In this document: positions 49,443-59,878 of the stretch, piece after piece
Position numbering within the stretch: position 1 is the stretch's first letter
Layout of the letters: each line of letters starts with the position of its first letter
DNA from: Candidatus Eiseniibacteriota bacterium
Lineage (GTDB): Bacteria > Eisenbacteria > RBG-16-71-46
DNA length: 64,000 nucleotides
Assembly: GCA_031364845.1 (NCBI GenBank)
Contig: JANLWX010000156.1
Location: forward strand, 22,105 to 86,104
Direction: 5' to 3'
The notes under the pieces: generated by a model
Database searches by the model: none
What the model was told of the DNA's origin: nothing
What the model saw: the letters and a program-made list of their open reading frames with translations, nothing else
Position numbers and translations under genes: made by a program

Positions 49443-50744
49443 TCAGGCCCGCTTCGCGACCGGCACGTACGGCCGCTGCGTGGCGCCGGTGTAGATCTGG
49501 CGCGGGCGCGAGATGCGGAAGTCGGGATCGCCCCGCATCTCCATCCACTGTGCGATCCAGCCCGGCATCCGGCCGATCACGAACATCACCGTGAACATGT
49601 TGGTCGGAATCCCGAGCGCTTTGTAGATCACGCCGGAGTAGAAGTCGACGTTCGGATAGAGCTTGCGGCTCACGAAGTAGTCGTCACGCAGCGCGATTTC
49701 CTCGAGCTGGAGCGCGATCTCGAGCAGCTTGCTCGACATGCCGACACGCTGGATCACCTGCTCGCACGCCTTCTTCACGATCGCGGCGCGCGGGTCGTAG
49801 CTCTTGTAGACCCGATGTCCGAAGCCCATCAGCCGCGTCGTGTCGTTCTTGTCTTTCGCGCGGTCGAGGAACTTGGCGGCACTGCCCTCTTCGACGGCGA
49901 TCCGCTCCAGCATTTCGATCACCTGCTGGTTCGCGCCGCCGTGGAGCGAACCCCACAGCGCGCTGATCCCCGCCGCGATGCTCGCGAACAGGTTCGCGCG
50001 CGAGCTGCCCACCATGCGGACCGTGCTGGTCGAACAGTTCTGCTCGTGATCGGCGTGCAGGATCAGCAGCAGATCGAGAATCTTAGCGATCACCGGATCC
50101 GGCTGATAGTCCTCGCACGGTGTGGCGAACATCATGTGCATGAAGTTGGACGCATAGTCGAAGCGGTTCTGCGGATACATGAACGGCTGGCCGATCGAGT
50201 GCTTGTACGAGTAGGCCGCGATGGTCGGGATCTTCGCGATCAGCCGCACGACCGCGTCGTGGATATTGCGATCGTTCTCCGGCTCCTGATAGAACGTCGC
50301 GAGCGCGCCCACGGCCGCCGCGCACACCGGCATCGGGTGGGCGTCCTTGGGGAGCGCTTCGAAGAACCGGTGGAAGTTCTCGTGCAGCAACGTGTGGTGC
50401 CGGACTTCGTTCTCGAAGCCCGCGAGCTGGTCCTTGCCCGGCAACTCGCCGTTCATCAGCAGCCACGCGACTTCGAGGAACGTGCTGCCCTGGGCGAGTT
50501 CCTCGATCGGATAGCCGCGATAGCGCAGGATGCCCTTCTCGCCGTCGATGAACGTGATTCCGCTGCGGCACGCTCCGGTGTTCCCGTATCCCGGATCCAT
50601 CGTGATCAGGCCGGTGCTGTTGCGAAGCTTCTCGATGTCGATCGCCTGCTCGTTCTCGCTCCCGCTCAGCACCGGAAGATCGAGCGTCTTGCCGCCGAAT
50701 GTCAGGGTGGCGGTCGTGTGGTTCTGCTGCACTTCGGTCGGCAT
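49443..50744 (-). CDS. gltA: Citrate synthase (type II-like)
   Basis: DPGYGNTG, ITFIDGEKGILRYRGY, LHADHEQNCST, HGGANQ, LMGFGHRVYK, LYPNVDFYSG. Confidence 0.95.
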   Translation of the reverse strand: MPTEVQQNHTTATLTFGGKTLDLPVLSGSENEQAIDIEKLRNSTGLITMDPGYGNTGACRSGITFIDGEKGILRYRGYPIEELAQGSTFLEVAWLLMNGELPGKDQLAGFENEVRHHTLLHENFHRFFEALPKDAHPMPVCAAAVGALATFYQEPENDRNIHDAVVRLIAKIPTIAAYSYKHSIGQPFMYPQNRFDYASNFMHMMFATPCEDYQPDPVIAKILDLLLILHADHEQNCSTSTVRMVGSSRANLFASIAAGISALWGSLHGGANQQVIEMLERIAVEEGSAAKFLDRAKDKNDTTRLMGFGHRVYKSYDPRAAIVKKACEQVIQRVGMSSKLLEIALQLEEIALRDDYFVSRKLYPNVDFYSGVIYKALGIPTNMFTVMFVIGRMPGWIAQWMEMRGDPDFRISRPRQIYTGATQRPYVPVAKRA

Positions 50745-50969
50745 TGAAGGATCTCCCTGGATGCGCTCACGGACCCGCGCGAAGGGTCGCAAATTCCGGC
50801 ACGAGCGGCAGGATCGGGCCGGCCCGCCGTGTCTCGTGAGTCCGGCGGGCTTCGCAACGTCGAAAACGAGGATCGAATGCTACAGGGATACCCCTGTTCG
50901 CACCCGACCGCAAGTGCGCCGGGCCGGTCTGTTTGACCACAAACGCCGCGCCCGATACCGTGCGGCCCC

Positions 50970-51602
50970 ATGTCCGACTTCACACTTCGTACCTACGTGT
51001 TTCTCGACAGCCTCCAGCCGCAACTCGCCGCGTTCATCGGCACCACCGCGCGCGGTTTCCTGCCGGTCGCCGGAGACGCGTCGATGTTCATCGAAACCGC
51101 GCCCGGCCTGATCATCAACCGGATCACGGACGTGGCACTCAAGGCGACCCAGTGCACGCCGGCGATCATGGTGGTCGAGCGCGCCTTCGGCCTGCTCGAG
51201 ATCCATCACCGCGACAAGGGCCAGGTTCAGACCGGCGGCAGCGCGGTGCTCGACTATCTCGGCATCGTGGAAACCGACCGCGTCCAGCCGCGGGTGGTTT
51301 CGGATCAGGTGATCCGCGCGGTCGAGCCGTATCACGCGCAGGTCATCAACAAGAGCCGCTACGGCGACATGCTGATCCCCGGCGAGTCGCTGCTGATCCT
51401 GGAAACCGAGCCCGCCGGCTACATCGCGTTCGGCGCGAACGAGGCGCTCAAGGCGGCGCATGTGAAGCTCATCGACGCTTCATTGTTCGGTGCGTTCGGT
51501 CGTCTCTATCTGTCGGGCCCGGAAGCGCAGATCGATGCCGCGCGCCAGGCCGCCCTCCAGAAGCTCGCCACCCTGAAGGGCCGCGAACTCTCGAAGAGCT
51601 AG
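50970..51602 (+). CDS. Bacterial microcompartment tandem-domain shell protein (BMC-T, CcmP/CsoS1D-like)
   Basis: [15 protein letters not shown]...[12 protein letters not shown]...[10 protein letters not shown]...ANEALKAA...[11 protein letters not shown]. Confidence 0.9.
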   Translation: MSDFTLRTYVFLDSLQPQLAAFIGTTARGFLPVAGDASMFIETAPGLIINRITDVALKATQCTPAIMVVERAFGLLEIHHRDKGQVQTGGSAVLDYLGIVETDRVQPRVVSDQVIRAVEPYHAQVINKSRYGDMLIPGESLLILETEPAGYIAFGANEALKAAHVKLIDASLFGAFGRLYLSGPEAQIDAARQAALQKLATLKGRELSKS

Positions 51603-51603
51603 C

Positions 51604-52407
51604 CTAGCCGCCCGTCCACAATTCGCCTTGCGGCCACAAGGTTTGCGGCTCGACCGGGTCGACTCCGAGACGGCGCAGCAGGCCCGCGGCACTCGCAGGC
51701 GAATGCCCCGCCCAGTGATTGTTGAAGTACCCGTAGACCTCTCGCACTTCGGGCAGCGCGCGCGTGATCTCCTGCGACCACTCATCGAGCGCCCGGGTGC
51801 GGTCGATCTGCTCGTGGTCGAAACGCGTGATCGTCTCGCGATGACCCATCCAGCGCAGGTAGAGAAAGTCGGTCGTCACCGGCGTCACCCGCGCGAGATC
51901 GCGCCACTCGGTCCATGCGAACGCCGCGCGATGCCGCCGCAGCAGATCGTAGACTTCCTCCCGGTGCCACGACCGGTCGCGGAACTCGACTGCGATCCGC
52001 GCTTCCGCGGGACATGCCGCCAGAAACCGATCCAGCACACCCACCGTGCCTTCGTCACGCACGAAGTCGGCCGGCAGCTGCACGAGCAGCGGACCCCGCC
52101 GCTCGCCGAGCGGATCGAGCGCGCGCACGAACGCCTGGATCTGCTCGGCCATGGTCGACAGGCGCGCGACGTGCGTGATCGCCTGCGGCACCTTGGCGGT
52201 GAAGCGGAAGTGATCGGGCGTGTGGCGCGCCCACGAGCGCGCGATCGTCGGCTTGGGCGGATGATAGAAGGTCGTGTCGAGCTCGACGGTCCGGAACACG
52301 CTCGCGTAGAACGGCAGCAGGTGTTCCTGCTTGCTGCGCGGTGGATAGAACGTTCCGATCCACTCGGGATAGGACCAGCCCTGGGTGCCGATCAGGATCT
52401 CGCTCAC
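51604..52407 (-). CDS. DUF72 (YecE/YunF-like) protein
   Basis: IGTQGWSY, VELDTTFY, FTAKVP, LVQLP, AVEFR, YFNNH. Confidence 0.92.
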   Translation of the reverse strand: MSEILIGTQGWSYPEWIGTFYPPRSKQEHLLPFYASVFRTVELDTTFYHPPKPTIARSWARHTPDHFRFTAKVPQAITHVARLSTMAEQIQAFVRALDPLGERRGPLLVQLPADFVRDEGTVGVLDRFLAACPAEARIAVEFRDRSWHREEVYDLLRRHRAAFAWTEWRDLARVTPVTTDFLYLRWMGHRETITRFDHEQIDRTRALDEWSQEITRALPEVREVYGYFNNHWAGHSPASAAGLLRRLGVDPVEPQTLWPQGELWTGG

Positions 52408-53330
52408 GCCCCCTCCACGGCACGGTCGGCCGGTGTAATCCCGCGGTTCGCTGCGAAATGTTCGTCGAAGAAGCCGGTCACGCGGCGCTCGTACTCGGCG
52501 CGGTGCCGGATCCATGCCTCGTTGTGTCCGGCATCGTCGAGCCGCCACAGCGGATCCTTCGCCCCCGCGGCTTCCCACAGGCTCGTGACCTGCCGCGGTG
52601 CCATACGGGTATCCTTCGAGCAATGGATGAAGTAGATCGGCCGGTCCCCCAGGCGGCGGGCCGCGGCGATCGCATCCGGGATGCCCGGGTCGTGGCCGGT
52701 GAAGGTGCGCCCCATGGCGCGCGCAATCGGTGCAGCCGGCCAGCGCGGCACGCGCGCCCAGCGTTCTGAGGAGTCCTCGAGCGCGTGGAGCCCCGAGGAG
52801 AACGGGCAATCGACGACCACCGCGGCGATGCGCGGCGTCTCGGCCGCGAGCATCAACGCGATCGATCCGCCGAGCGACTCTCCGAGCACGGCGAGCGAGT
52901 GATGCTCGAACTCGGGCCGCGACTCGATCCACGCGACCACCGCACGCGCATCGGGCAGCTCGTGATGACCGAGCGTGGTCGGCAGACGCCTCCCGGTATC
53001 CACGGCGCGCGACGAGCGGAAGTCGAACGTGAGCACACCGTAACCCGCGCGGTTAAGGAAATCGCCGTAGCGCCACGCGCGATGGTGATCGCGGGCGTAC
53101 CCGTGCAGCACGATCACGGTCGTGTCACGGGTGCCCTCGAGATGCCATGCATCGATCACATCGCCTTCGGCGACGGTGATGCGGTGCCGGCGCGCGCGCC
53201 CATCGAGATTCGGCGCGCCCCCGAGGTCGCGCGGCACGAACGGAAACAACGCGAGCCGCACCGCGGCGGCCGCGGCCCCTGCCACCACGAGCGCGCCGAG
53301 TACTGCGGCGATCACCGGGTCGATCGCCAT
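52404..53330 (-). CDS. Membrane-anchored alpha/beta hydrolase
   Basis: N-terminal TM, VLHGY, GESLGG nucleophile elbow, Asp and GHNE. Confidence 0.88.
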   Translation of the reverse strand: MAIDPVIAAVLGALVVAGAAAAAVRLALFPFVPRDLGGAPNLDGRARRHRITVAEGDVIDAWHLEGTRDTTVIVLHGYARDHHRAWRYGDFLNRAGYGVLTFDFRSSRAVDTGRRLPTTLGHHELPDARAVVAWIESRPEFEHHSLAVLGESLGGSIALMLAAETPRIAAVVVDCPFSSGLHALEDSSERWARVPRWPAAPIARAMGRTFTGHDPGIPDAIAAARRLGDRPIYFIHCSKDTRMAPRQVTSLWEAAGAKDPLWRLDDAGHNEAWIRHRAEYERRVTGFFDEHFAANRGITPADRAVEGA

Positions 53331-53331
53331 C

Positions 53332-54465
53332 CTAGCGCTCGACCTTGAGCCCCCGCGGTCCCACGTATTCCGACATCGGGCGGATCAGATGGTCCTCGGC
53401 GTGCTGCTCGATGACGTGCGCGCACCAGCCCGCCACACGGCCGCACGCGAACATCGCGACGAACGATCGCGGCTGGAGCCCGAGCGACTGCAGCACCAGC
53501 GCGGTGTAGAACTCGACGTTGGTCTTGAGATTGCGGCCCGGCTTCTTCTCTTCGAGCACGCGGATCGCGGTCTGCTCCACGTAGCGCGCGAGATCGAACA
53601 GACGGCGGTCCTCGAGCTTCGCTCCCGCCATCTCGACCGCCATCGCGCTCAGCACTTCGGCCCGCGGATCACGCACCTTGTAGACGCGGTGTCCGAAACC
53701 CATGATGCGCCGCCCCGCGGCGATCTCCTGCTCGAGCCACGCCTGCGCGTTCGCCTCGCTTCCGATGTGGACCAGCATGTCGAGCACCGGACCCGGCGCT
53801 CCGCCGTGCAGCGGTCCCTTGAGCGCGCCGATCGCGCCGGTGACCGAACTCACCATGTCGGACCGCGTGCTCGCGATCACGCGGCCGGCGAAGGTCGAGG
53901 CATTCATGCCGTGATCGATGACCGTGACCCAGTAGGTGTCGAGCGCGCGTGCGGCGATCGGATCCGGCTCGCGGCCGTGCACCATCCACATGAAGTTCGC
54001 GGCGAGCGTCAGGTCCGCGCGCGGAGCGATCGGTTCGTTGCCGGCGGCGATGCGCGCGTGCGCCGCGACGATGGTCGGGAAGCGCGCGACCAGCATCTTC
54101 GCCGCGTTCAGATCGGCGGCCGGCGTGATGTCATCGGGATTCGGCAGGTCGAGCGACAAGGTCGCGCACACCATGCGCAGCGCGTCGATCGGCGGCGCCT
54201 TGGCGGCGGCACGCACGGTGCGCATCGCCTCGTCCGGCAACGCTCGCAGCTCCGACATCTCGCGGCGCAGCTCGGCCAGCTCGTGCGGCTCCGGCAGCTT
54301 ACCGGCCCACAGGAGATAGGCGGCTTCCTCGAACGACACTTTGCCCGCGAGATTCTTGAGCTCGTAACCCCCAATGATCAGCTCTCCGGCGAGCCCGTCG
54401 ACGTGGCTGAGCCGGGTCTGCGCCGCCACCACTCCATCGAGTCCCCGCGATGTCGTCCCCGCCAT
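53332..54465 (-). CDS. Citrate/2-methylcitrate synthase family protein (short type)
   Basis: GLDGVVAAQT, DHGMNASTF, GPLHGGA, IMGFGHRVYK, NVEFY. Confidence 0.92.
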   Translation of the reverse strand: MAGTTSRGLDGVVAAQTRLSHVDGLAGELIIGGYELKNLAGKVSFEEAAYLLWAGKLPEPHELAELRREMSELRALPDEAMRTVRAAAKAPPIDALRMVCATLSLDLPNPDDITPAADLNAAKMLVARFPTIVAAHARIAAGNEPIAPRADLTLAANFMWMVHGREPDPIAARALDTYWVTVIDHGMNASTFAGRVIASTRSDMVSSVTGAIGALKGPLHGGAPGPVLDMLVHIGSEANAQAWLEQEIAAGRRIMGFGHRVYKVRDPRAEVLSAMAVEMAGAKLEDRRLFDLARYVEQTAIRVLEEKKPGRNLKTNVEFYTALVLQSLGLQPRSFVAMFACGRVAGWCAHVIEQHAEDHLIRPMSEYVGPRGLKVER

Positions 54466-54530
54466 TCCAAACCCCTTTCCCGGCGCGTTCCGCCGTCACG
54501 AGCCTTCACTCGTCTCGATCCTGAGAAATC

Positions 54531-55748
54531 CTAAGTGGTGTGACCCGGCATCCGTCCGATCACCATCGGGCGGTCGGGACGGCGTTCACTGCCGGCCCAC
54601 CGGAAATACACCACACTCATGATCATCCAGTAGAACAACCCGCCCGGCACCCACATCAGGAGTCCGCCGAGCTTCTGGTCGTCGATCGCCGGCATCCCCA
54701 TGAAGCGGGGCGCCAGCGCATACCACTCGTAGAGCGGCCGCTGCGCGAAGGTCACGATGGCCGCGACCGCCATCATCGGAACTCCGAGCAGGAACAGGTA
54801 CAGCATCTGACTGCCCGGGGCGAGCGGGCGCGCGACCGCGTCCCCGCCCACGATCGGCCACCACATCGTGATCGCCGTACCCATCACGAGCAGGTGCATG
54901 GCGATGTGAAACCCGTGATCCCGCATCATCAGGTCGTAGAGCATCGGAACGTGCCAGATCGAGAACACCACGGTGTAGAGCGCAAAGCCGGCCGGAACCC
55001 TCGTGACCGCGCTCCACAGCGCGCGCACCACGCGAGGAGCCAGCAGCCGGCGCCACATCCACGCCGGAATGCCGAGCACGAACAGCAGCGGAAAGACCTG
55101 CGCGAGGATCAGGTGCTGCACCATGTGTGCGCTGAACAGGTAGCGATCGCTGAGATCGTGCAGCGGCCCATTGAGCGCCACCAGGACGAATCCGAGTGCC
55201 GCGAAATACGAGACGACACGCCAGCGCTCGACGGGCTCGGTGCGCGGGTCGCGGCGGAAGATCGCGAGGGCGTAGAGCGCCCCGAGCAACGCGCATCCGA
55301 GCAGCACGCTCCACTCCCACGACCATGGCCACATGCGATACTCAGGGAGCGGCTGCTGGCGATGGGGCCACGCGGCGGTGATCGCGATCGCGCGGCTGTC
55401 CGCGTAGCGCCACACCTTGCCGCGCACCGCGAAGGTGTCCCCGAGTGCGGCGAGGAATCCCGCTTTCGGATCCTCCCAGTGCGTCTGCCCGATCACCGTG
55501 TAGAGCTTGCGTTCGCGGATGTCGAGAAAGAACATGCCCTGCTCGACGCGGCCGCGGACCATGGCGCACTGGCGCTGGAGAGTTCCCTGCATGCCGTGCT
55601 GATAGATGCACACCGGATCCACGAACTCGCCGATCAGATAGACGCTGTCGGCACCCGCGTCTCCGGGTCCGGCGTGGGCCGGACGCTCGCCGAGGGGCGT
55701 GATCGCGCACGCGAGTGCCAGAGCCAGGACGGGAACGAATCGTTTCAA
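54531..55748 (-). CDS. caa3-type CtaG cytochrome c oxidase assembly protein with extra N-terminal periplasmic domain
   Basis: Signal peptide, domain GEFVDPVC...QCAM, then LFSAHMVQHL, WHVP..Y, HIAMH, DDQKLGGLLMWVPG. Confidence 0.82.
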   Translation of the reverse strand: MKRFVPVLALALACAITPLGERPAHAGPGDAGADSVYLIGEFVDPVCIYQHGMQGTLQRQCAMVRGRVEQGMFFLDIRERKLYTVIGQTHWEDPKAGFLAALGDTFAVRGKVWRYADSRAIAITAAWPHRQQPLPEYRMWPWSWEWSVLLGCALLGALYALAIFRRDPRTEPVERWRVVSYFAALGFVLVALNGPLHDLSDRYLFSAHMVQHLILAQVFPLLFVLGIPAWMWRRLLAPRVVRALWSAVTRVPAGFALYTVVFSIWHVPMLYDLMMRDHGFHIAMHLLVMGTAITMWWPIVGGDAVARPLAPGSQMLYLFLLGVPMMAVAAIVTFAQRPLYEWYALAPRFMGMPAIDDQKLGGLLMWVPGGLFYWMIMSVVYFRWAGSERRPDRPMVIGRMPGHTT

Positions 55749-55951
55749 GGCGGACAGCCTCCGCAGGAAGGGCGCATCGCGGCCGCGAGCCGGACCGGGC
55801 AGTCACGGCGGCCACGAACCGCCGAACGGTACCATGCGACTGCGAAAGCCCAAACAACGCCGCGGGCGCCCGGGCCGATGCGCCTCGCGCATGGCCTCGG
55901 GCGCCCTTGGACCGCAACTGAAGGCGGCGCCTGGACGATGGGGTCAGGTCC

Positions 55952-58900
55952 CTATGGCGTGTATTCCAAGTGCAGCAGCGCGGCCGACGATGCGGCCGCT
56001 TCGTACGCCTTGGCGTTGCGCCGTCCGGTTCCCGTAACGATGAACGCGACCGCGTTGCCGCTCGACCAGCCGGACCGGTTCACCAGTTCCTGCACGATCG
56101 ATTCGAGCCCCGGCGTGCGCTGATTCGGTCCCGCCGTCTCTCCGCTGTTCCACGACGGCGGATTCCACGCCACGGTCGCTCCGGTCTTCACGCGCGACGA
56201 CACGTTGCCGATCGCGGTCGTGAAGGCGGGGGCACTGTCGATCGCGTGCCCAGCCAGCGTGAGCGAGGTCGCCTCGGTCCCGCTCTCGTCACGCGTGAAC
56301 TGGATCCACGCGTTCGTGATGGTCGCGTTCTTCGGGATCGTCACACCGAGGAAGCGCAGGCCGACGGTCTGGTTCGTGACGTCGAACACCAGTTCGATGT
56401 CGCTGCTCGTCACGCCGACCTTGCCCGTCGCGGCCTCCTCGACATCGTCGGCTCCGGAGGCGATGCGTTTTTCGAAGGTCGTGCTGCCCCCGCCGCCGCC
56501 CGGCAGGCTGACCGTCACCTGCGTCTCATCGTAGTCGGAGAGTTCTCCGTCCGATGCTGTGAGCCGCAGCGTGTACGTTCCCGGGATCGTGAAGCTGGCC
56601 TGCGTGTCGATCTCGTTCGGATTCACGAACACCGTGGGCCCCGGTCCGGTCGCCGTCCACAGCGTGGTAAGGGTTCCCGAGGCCGGTAATCCGTCGTCCG
56701 TAACGGTGCCGTTGAGCGACGCCTGGCCCGGCAGTGTGACCGAGAGGTTGGGCCCGGCACTCACCGTCGGCTTCACGTTCACGGGCGTCCCGCCGCCAAG
56801 CTCGATGTGAAGCACCGGTGCCTTGGTGGCGCCCGCCTCGTAGGCCATCGCCGTGCGATGACCGGTGCCCGTGATGATGAACGCCATCGCATTGCCGCTC
56901 GCCCATCCCGAACGGTTCACGAGCTCCTGAACGATCGCGGTGAGGCTCGGAGTCTTCTGCGCGGCACCCGCGCCGTCACTACTCCCCCATGCCGCCGGAC
57001 TCCACGACGCGGAGGCCGCGGTGCGCGCGCGTGAGGAGATGTTGCTGCTGCTGGACGTGAACGTGGCCGGGTTGTCCGCCGCCTGGCCCTGAATCGTGAG
57101 CGCGATCGAGCCGCTCTGCGACTCGTCGGCGGTGAACTGAATCCATGCGTTGGCGATCGTCGCGTTCTTCGGCACCGTGATGCCCGAGAAGCGGAGCCCG
57201 ACCGTCTGCACCGTGCTGCCATCGGTGACGAGCTCGAGGTCGCTGCTCAAGGTGACGCTGCTGCCGCCCTGCTCCGCATCGTCCGATCCTGCCTTGACCG
57301 GGAATGCCGTGCCCGATCCACCACCACCGCCGCCGCCGCCGGGAGCTGCGCTCACGGTCGCCTGCATCTCGTCGAACGCGGACAGCTCGCCGTCGTTCGC
57401 GGTCAGGCGCAGCACGTAGGTGCCGGCGACCGAGAAGCTCGCCTGCGTGTCGATCGCATTCGCGTTGCCGAACGTCACCGTGCCCGGGCCGCTTACCTTG
57501 GTCCACTGCGTCGTCACTGGTCCCGGCAGCCCGTCGTCGGATACCGAACCATCCAGCGATGCGCTCGCCGGCAGCGTCACCGAACGGTCGGAACCCGCGC
57601 TCACATTCGGCTTCGTGTTGGGCGGCACCACCTCGATGTGGAGCACCGCGGCCTCGGACGCATTGCCCTCGTACGCGACCGCCGTGCGCCGTCCGATGCC
57701 CGTGATGATGAACGCCATCGCGTTGCCGCTCGCCCAGCCAGAACGGTTGACGAGTGCCTGAACGATCGCGGTGAGGCTCGGCGTCTTCTGATTGGATCCT
57801 GCTCCGTCGCCGCTGCCCCACGAGGCCGGGCTCCAGGTGGCCGACTGCGCGGTGCGCGGGCGCGCGGACACATTGCCGCTCGACGAGGTAAAGGTCGGCG
57901 GATTGTCCGCGGCCTGGCCTTCGATGGTGAGCGCGATCGTTCCCGACTGGCTCTCGTCCGACGTGAACTGGATCCATGCATTCACGACCGTCGCGTTCTT
58001 GGGGATCGTCACGCCCGTGAACCGAAGTCCCACGGTCTGAACTGTGCTGCCGTCGGTCACGAGCTCGATGTCGCTGCTCCCGAGATCGACACTCGAACCC
58101 GACTGCTCGACGTCGTCCGAACCCGTCGAGACGCGGAAATCTCCGCCCGAATTTCCGGGCGTGCTGCCGCCGCCGCCACCGCCGCCGCTGCCGGGATAGG
58201 CGCCGAGTATGCTCGCGGTGATCTCGAAGATCTTGCCGTCGTTCTCGCTCGGGTCCGAATCGTTGTCGTTCGCTCGGTCGCAGATGTAGAGCGAGGACGC
58301 GCCCGGAATCGAGCTGTGTGGCGCGAGGCACATGCCGGCCGGACTCTTGAGCCCGATCCCCGACAGGGTGATCGTGTTGAGCAACGCGCCCGCGAGCGTG
58401 GTCTCGATGATCTTGTCGTGATCCTTGCCGACGATGAACAGCGTGTTCGTTCCGGGATGGTATTCGACGGTTTCGGGATCGTACATATTGAGCACTTCGG
58501 TATCGAAGTGCGACACCACGTCGTCGCTCGTCCCGAGCTTTCCGTCGCTTCCCGCCCGCTGCTCGAAGATCTCCTGGCCGAGGCCGTCGGAGAAGAACAA
58601 CCGGTTGCCGGCCTTGTCGTACGAAACACCTTCGGGATCGTCGTTGCCGAAGTCGCGCGTGTCGAACGAAGTCCACGTGTCATCGGACCCTCCGACATGG
58701 CCGTCCGAACCCACGTTGATCATGTACAGCGTGCGCGTGTCGTCGTCCGAGATGATCACGCGGGCGGCGTTGTCGTACGCGACACCGACCGGCTCGTCGG
58801 AGAAACGCCGCGTGTTCGAGGTGCGCAACAGCGTTCCCGTCAGCGACGACTCGAAGTAGTTCGCGCCGGAGTAGATCGCCATTTCCTCGACCTCCCCGTC

Positions 58901-59878
58901 GGCCACCAGCAGGCGGTTCTGAGCGATGTCGTAGGCGATGCCCGAGGGATCGGGGCTCGGCGGCGACCAGGCGAACGTGTTGATCGTGCGCACCAGCGTG
59001 GCGCTGACGGTCGCGGCCGTCTGGAGCGGCATCGCAGGCCGGAAGCGGTATTCGACGACCCGGCCGGGCTTCTTCGCGGAACCGGCATCGGCGATGTAGA
59101 CGCTCATCGCCGTGGGATCATCGGTGCGATCGCCGGTCGGCGCGACCGTCACCCCGCGCGGCGAGGTGAGGCCGGCATCCAGCTCCCAGCGGCCCGCTTC
59201 ACTTCCGCCCCCATCGACCGCAATCAGTGTCGCGCTCGCAGCGTCGACCACGTACCAGCGCTGGGTGCGCGCGTTCCAGCCGAGGCCGCGCAGATCCCCG
59301 GCATCGATGGCGTCGAGTTCGATCCAGCCCGCGCGCTCGCCCGAGTCCGCGCCGTTCCAGAGACGTTCGGGAACGACGGCGATCCGCCGTGACAGGCGGT
59401 CCAGCACATAGAGAGTTCCCGATTCCGCATCGATCGCGATGCCGGCCGCGCGCACCGGACCGAGCGCGGGCGCGGGGTGCCGTTCCATGGCGGCATCGTC
59501 GAAGCTGCCGCCGGCTCCGAGTGCGACCGTGATCAGTTGATTCGCGGTGTCGTCGAACAGAACGACGCGCGAGCGCATCACATCGAACGCGACGTTCTCC
59601 GAACGCACGCGGACCCCCGCGAGAGTGCGGGTGCCGACCGGATCCCCGAACGCATCGAGCAGATCCAGCTGAACCTCGTCGGCGCGCGGCGCGCTCACGA
59701 TGAACCGCGAGGATCCGGGCATCCACGCGACGCCGCCCGGACTCGTGATTCCCTGCGCGCGCGTATTCAGATCGCGCACCGCGCGGATCGCAAGTTCTTC
59801 CGCGGCTGCGGCCGGAGCAACGAACAGAAAGGCACCCAGCACCGCACTCGCGAGGCCTGACGTCATGCGCGCGCTCAT
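55952..59878 (-). CDS. Large secreted surface protein: two beta-propeller-like regions, three repeated beta-sandwich domains, two PKD/Ig-like domains
   Basis: Signal peptide MSARMTSG...AAA. Three SDD.E...D(L/I)ELV...VGLRF.....P.NAT..NAWIQFT repeats alternate with P.VSAG...DDGLP...GTY.LRLTA.DGELS..DE units. Gly linkers. ATGA overlap with the upstream gene. Confidence 0.82.
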   Translation of the reverse strand: MSARMTSGLASAVLGAFLFVAPAAAAEELAIRAVRDLNTRAQGITSPGGVAWMPGSSRFIVSAPRADEVQLDLLDAFGDPVGTRTLAGVRVRSENVAFDVMRSRVVLFDDTANQLITVALGAGGSFDDAAMERHPAPALGPVRAAGIAIDAESGTLYVLDRLSRRIAVVPERLWNGADSGERAGWIELDAIDAGDLRGLGWNARTQRWYVVDAASATLIAVDGGGSEAGRWELDAGLTSPRGVTVAPTGDRTDDPTAMSVYIADAGSAKKPGRVVEYRFRPAMPLQTAATVSATLVRTINTFAWSPPSPDPSGIAYDIAQNRLLVADGEVEEMAIYSGANYFESSLTGTLLRTSNTRRFSDEPVGVAYDNAARVIISDDDTRTLYMINVGSDGHVGGSDDTWTSFDTRDFGNDDPEGVSYDKAGNRLFFSDGLGQEIFEQRAGSDGKLGTSDDVVSHFDTEVLNMYDPETVEYHPGTNTLFIVGKDHDKIIETTLAGALLNTITLSGIGLKSPAGMCLAPHSSIPGASSLYICDRANDNDSDPSENDGKIFEITASILGAYPGSGGGGGGGSTPGNSGGDFRVSTGSDDVEQSGSSVDLGSSDIELVTDGSTVQTVGLRFTGVTIPKNATVVNAWIQFTSDESQSGTIALTIEGQAADNPPTFTSSSGNVSARPRTAQSATWSPASWGSGDGAGSNQKTPSLTAIVQALVNRSGWASGNAMAFIITGIGRRTAVAYEGNASEAAVLHIEVVPPNTKPNVSAGSDRSVTLPASASLDGSVSDDGLPGPVTTQWTKVSGPGTVTFGNANAIDTQASFSVAGTYVLRLTANDGELSAFDEMQATVSAAPGGGGGGGGSGTAFPVKAGSDDAEQGGSSVTLSSDLELVTDGSTVQTVGLRFSGITVPKNATIANAWIQFTADESQSGSIALTIQGQAADNPATFTSSSSNISSRARTAASASWSPAAWGSSDGAGAAQKTPSLTAIVQELVNRSGWASGNAMAFIITGTGHRTAMAYEAGATKAPVLHIELGGGTPVNVKPTVSAGPNLSVTLPGQASLNGTVTDDGLPASGTLTTLWTATGPGPTVFVNPNEIDTQASFTIPGTYTLRLTASDGELSDYDETQVTVSLPGGGGGSTTFEKRIASGADDVEEAATGKVGVTSSDIELVFDVTNQTVGLRFLGVTIPKNATITNAWIQFTRDESGTEATSLTLAGHAIDSAPAFTTAIGNVSSRVKTGATVAWNPPSWNSGETAGPNQRTPGLESIVQELVNRSGWSSGNAVAFIVTGTGRRNAKAYEAAASSAALLHLEYTP

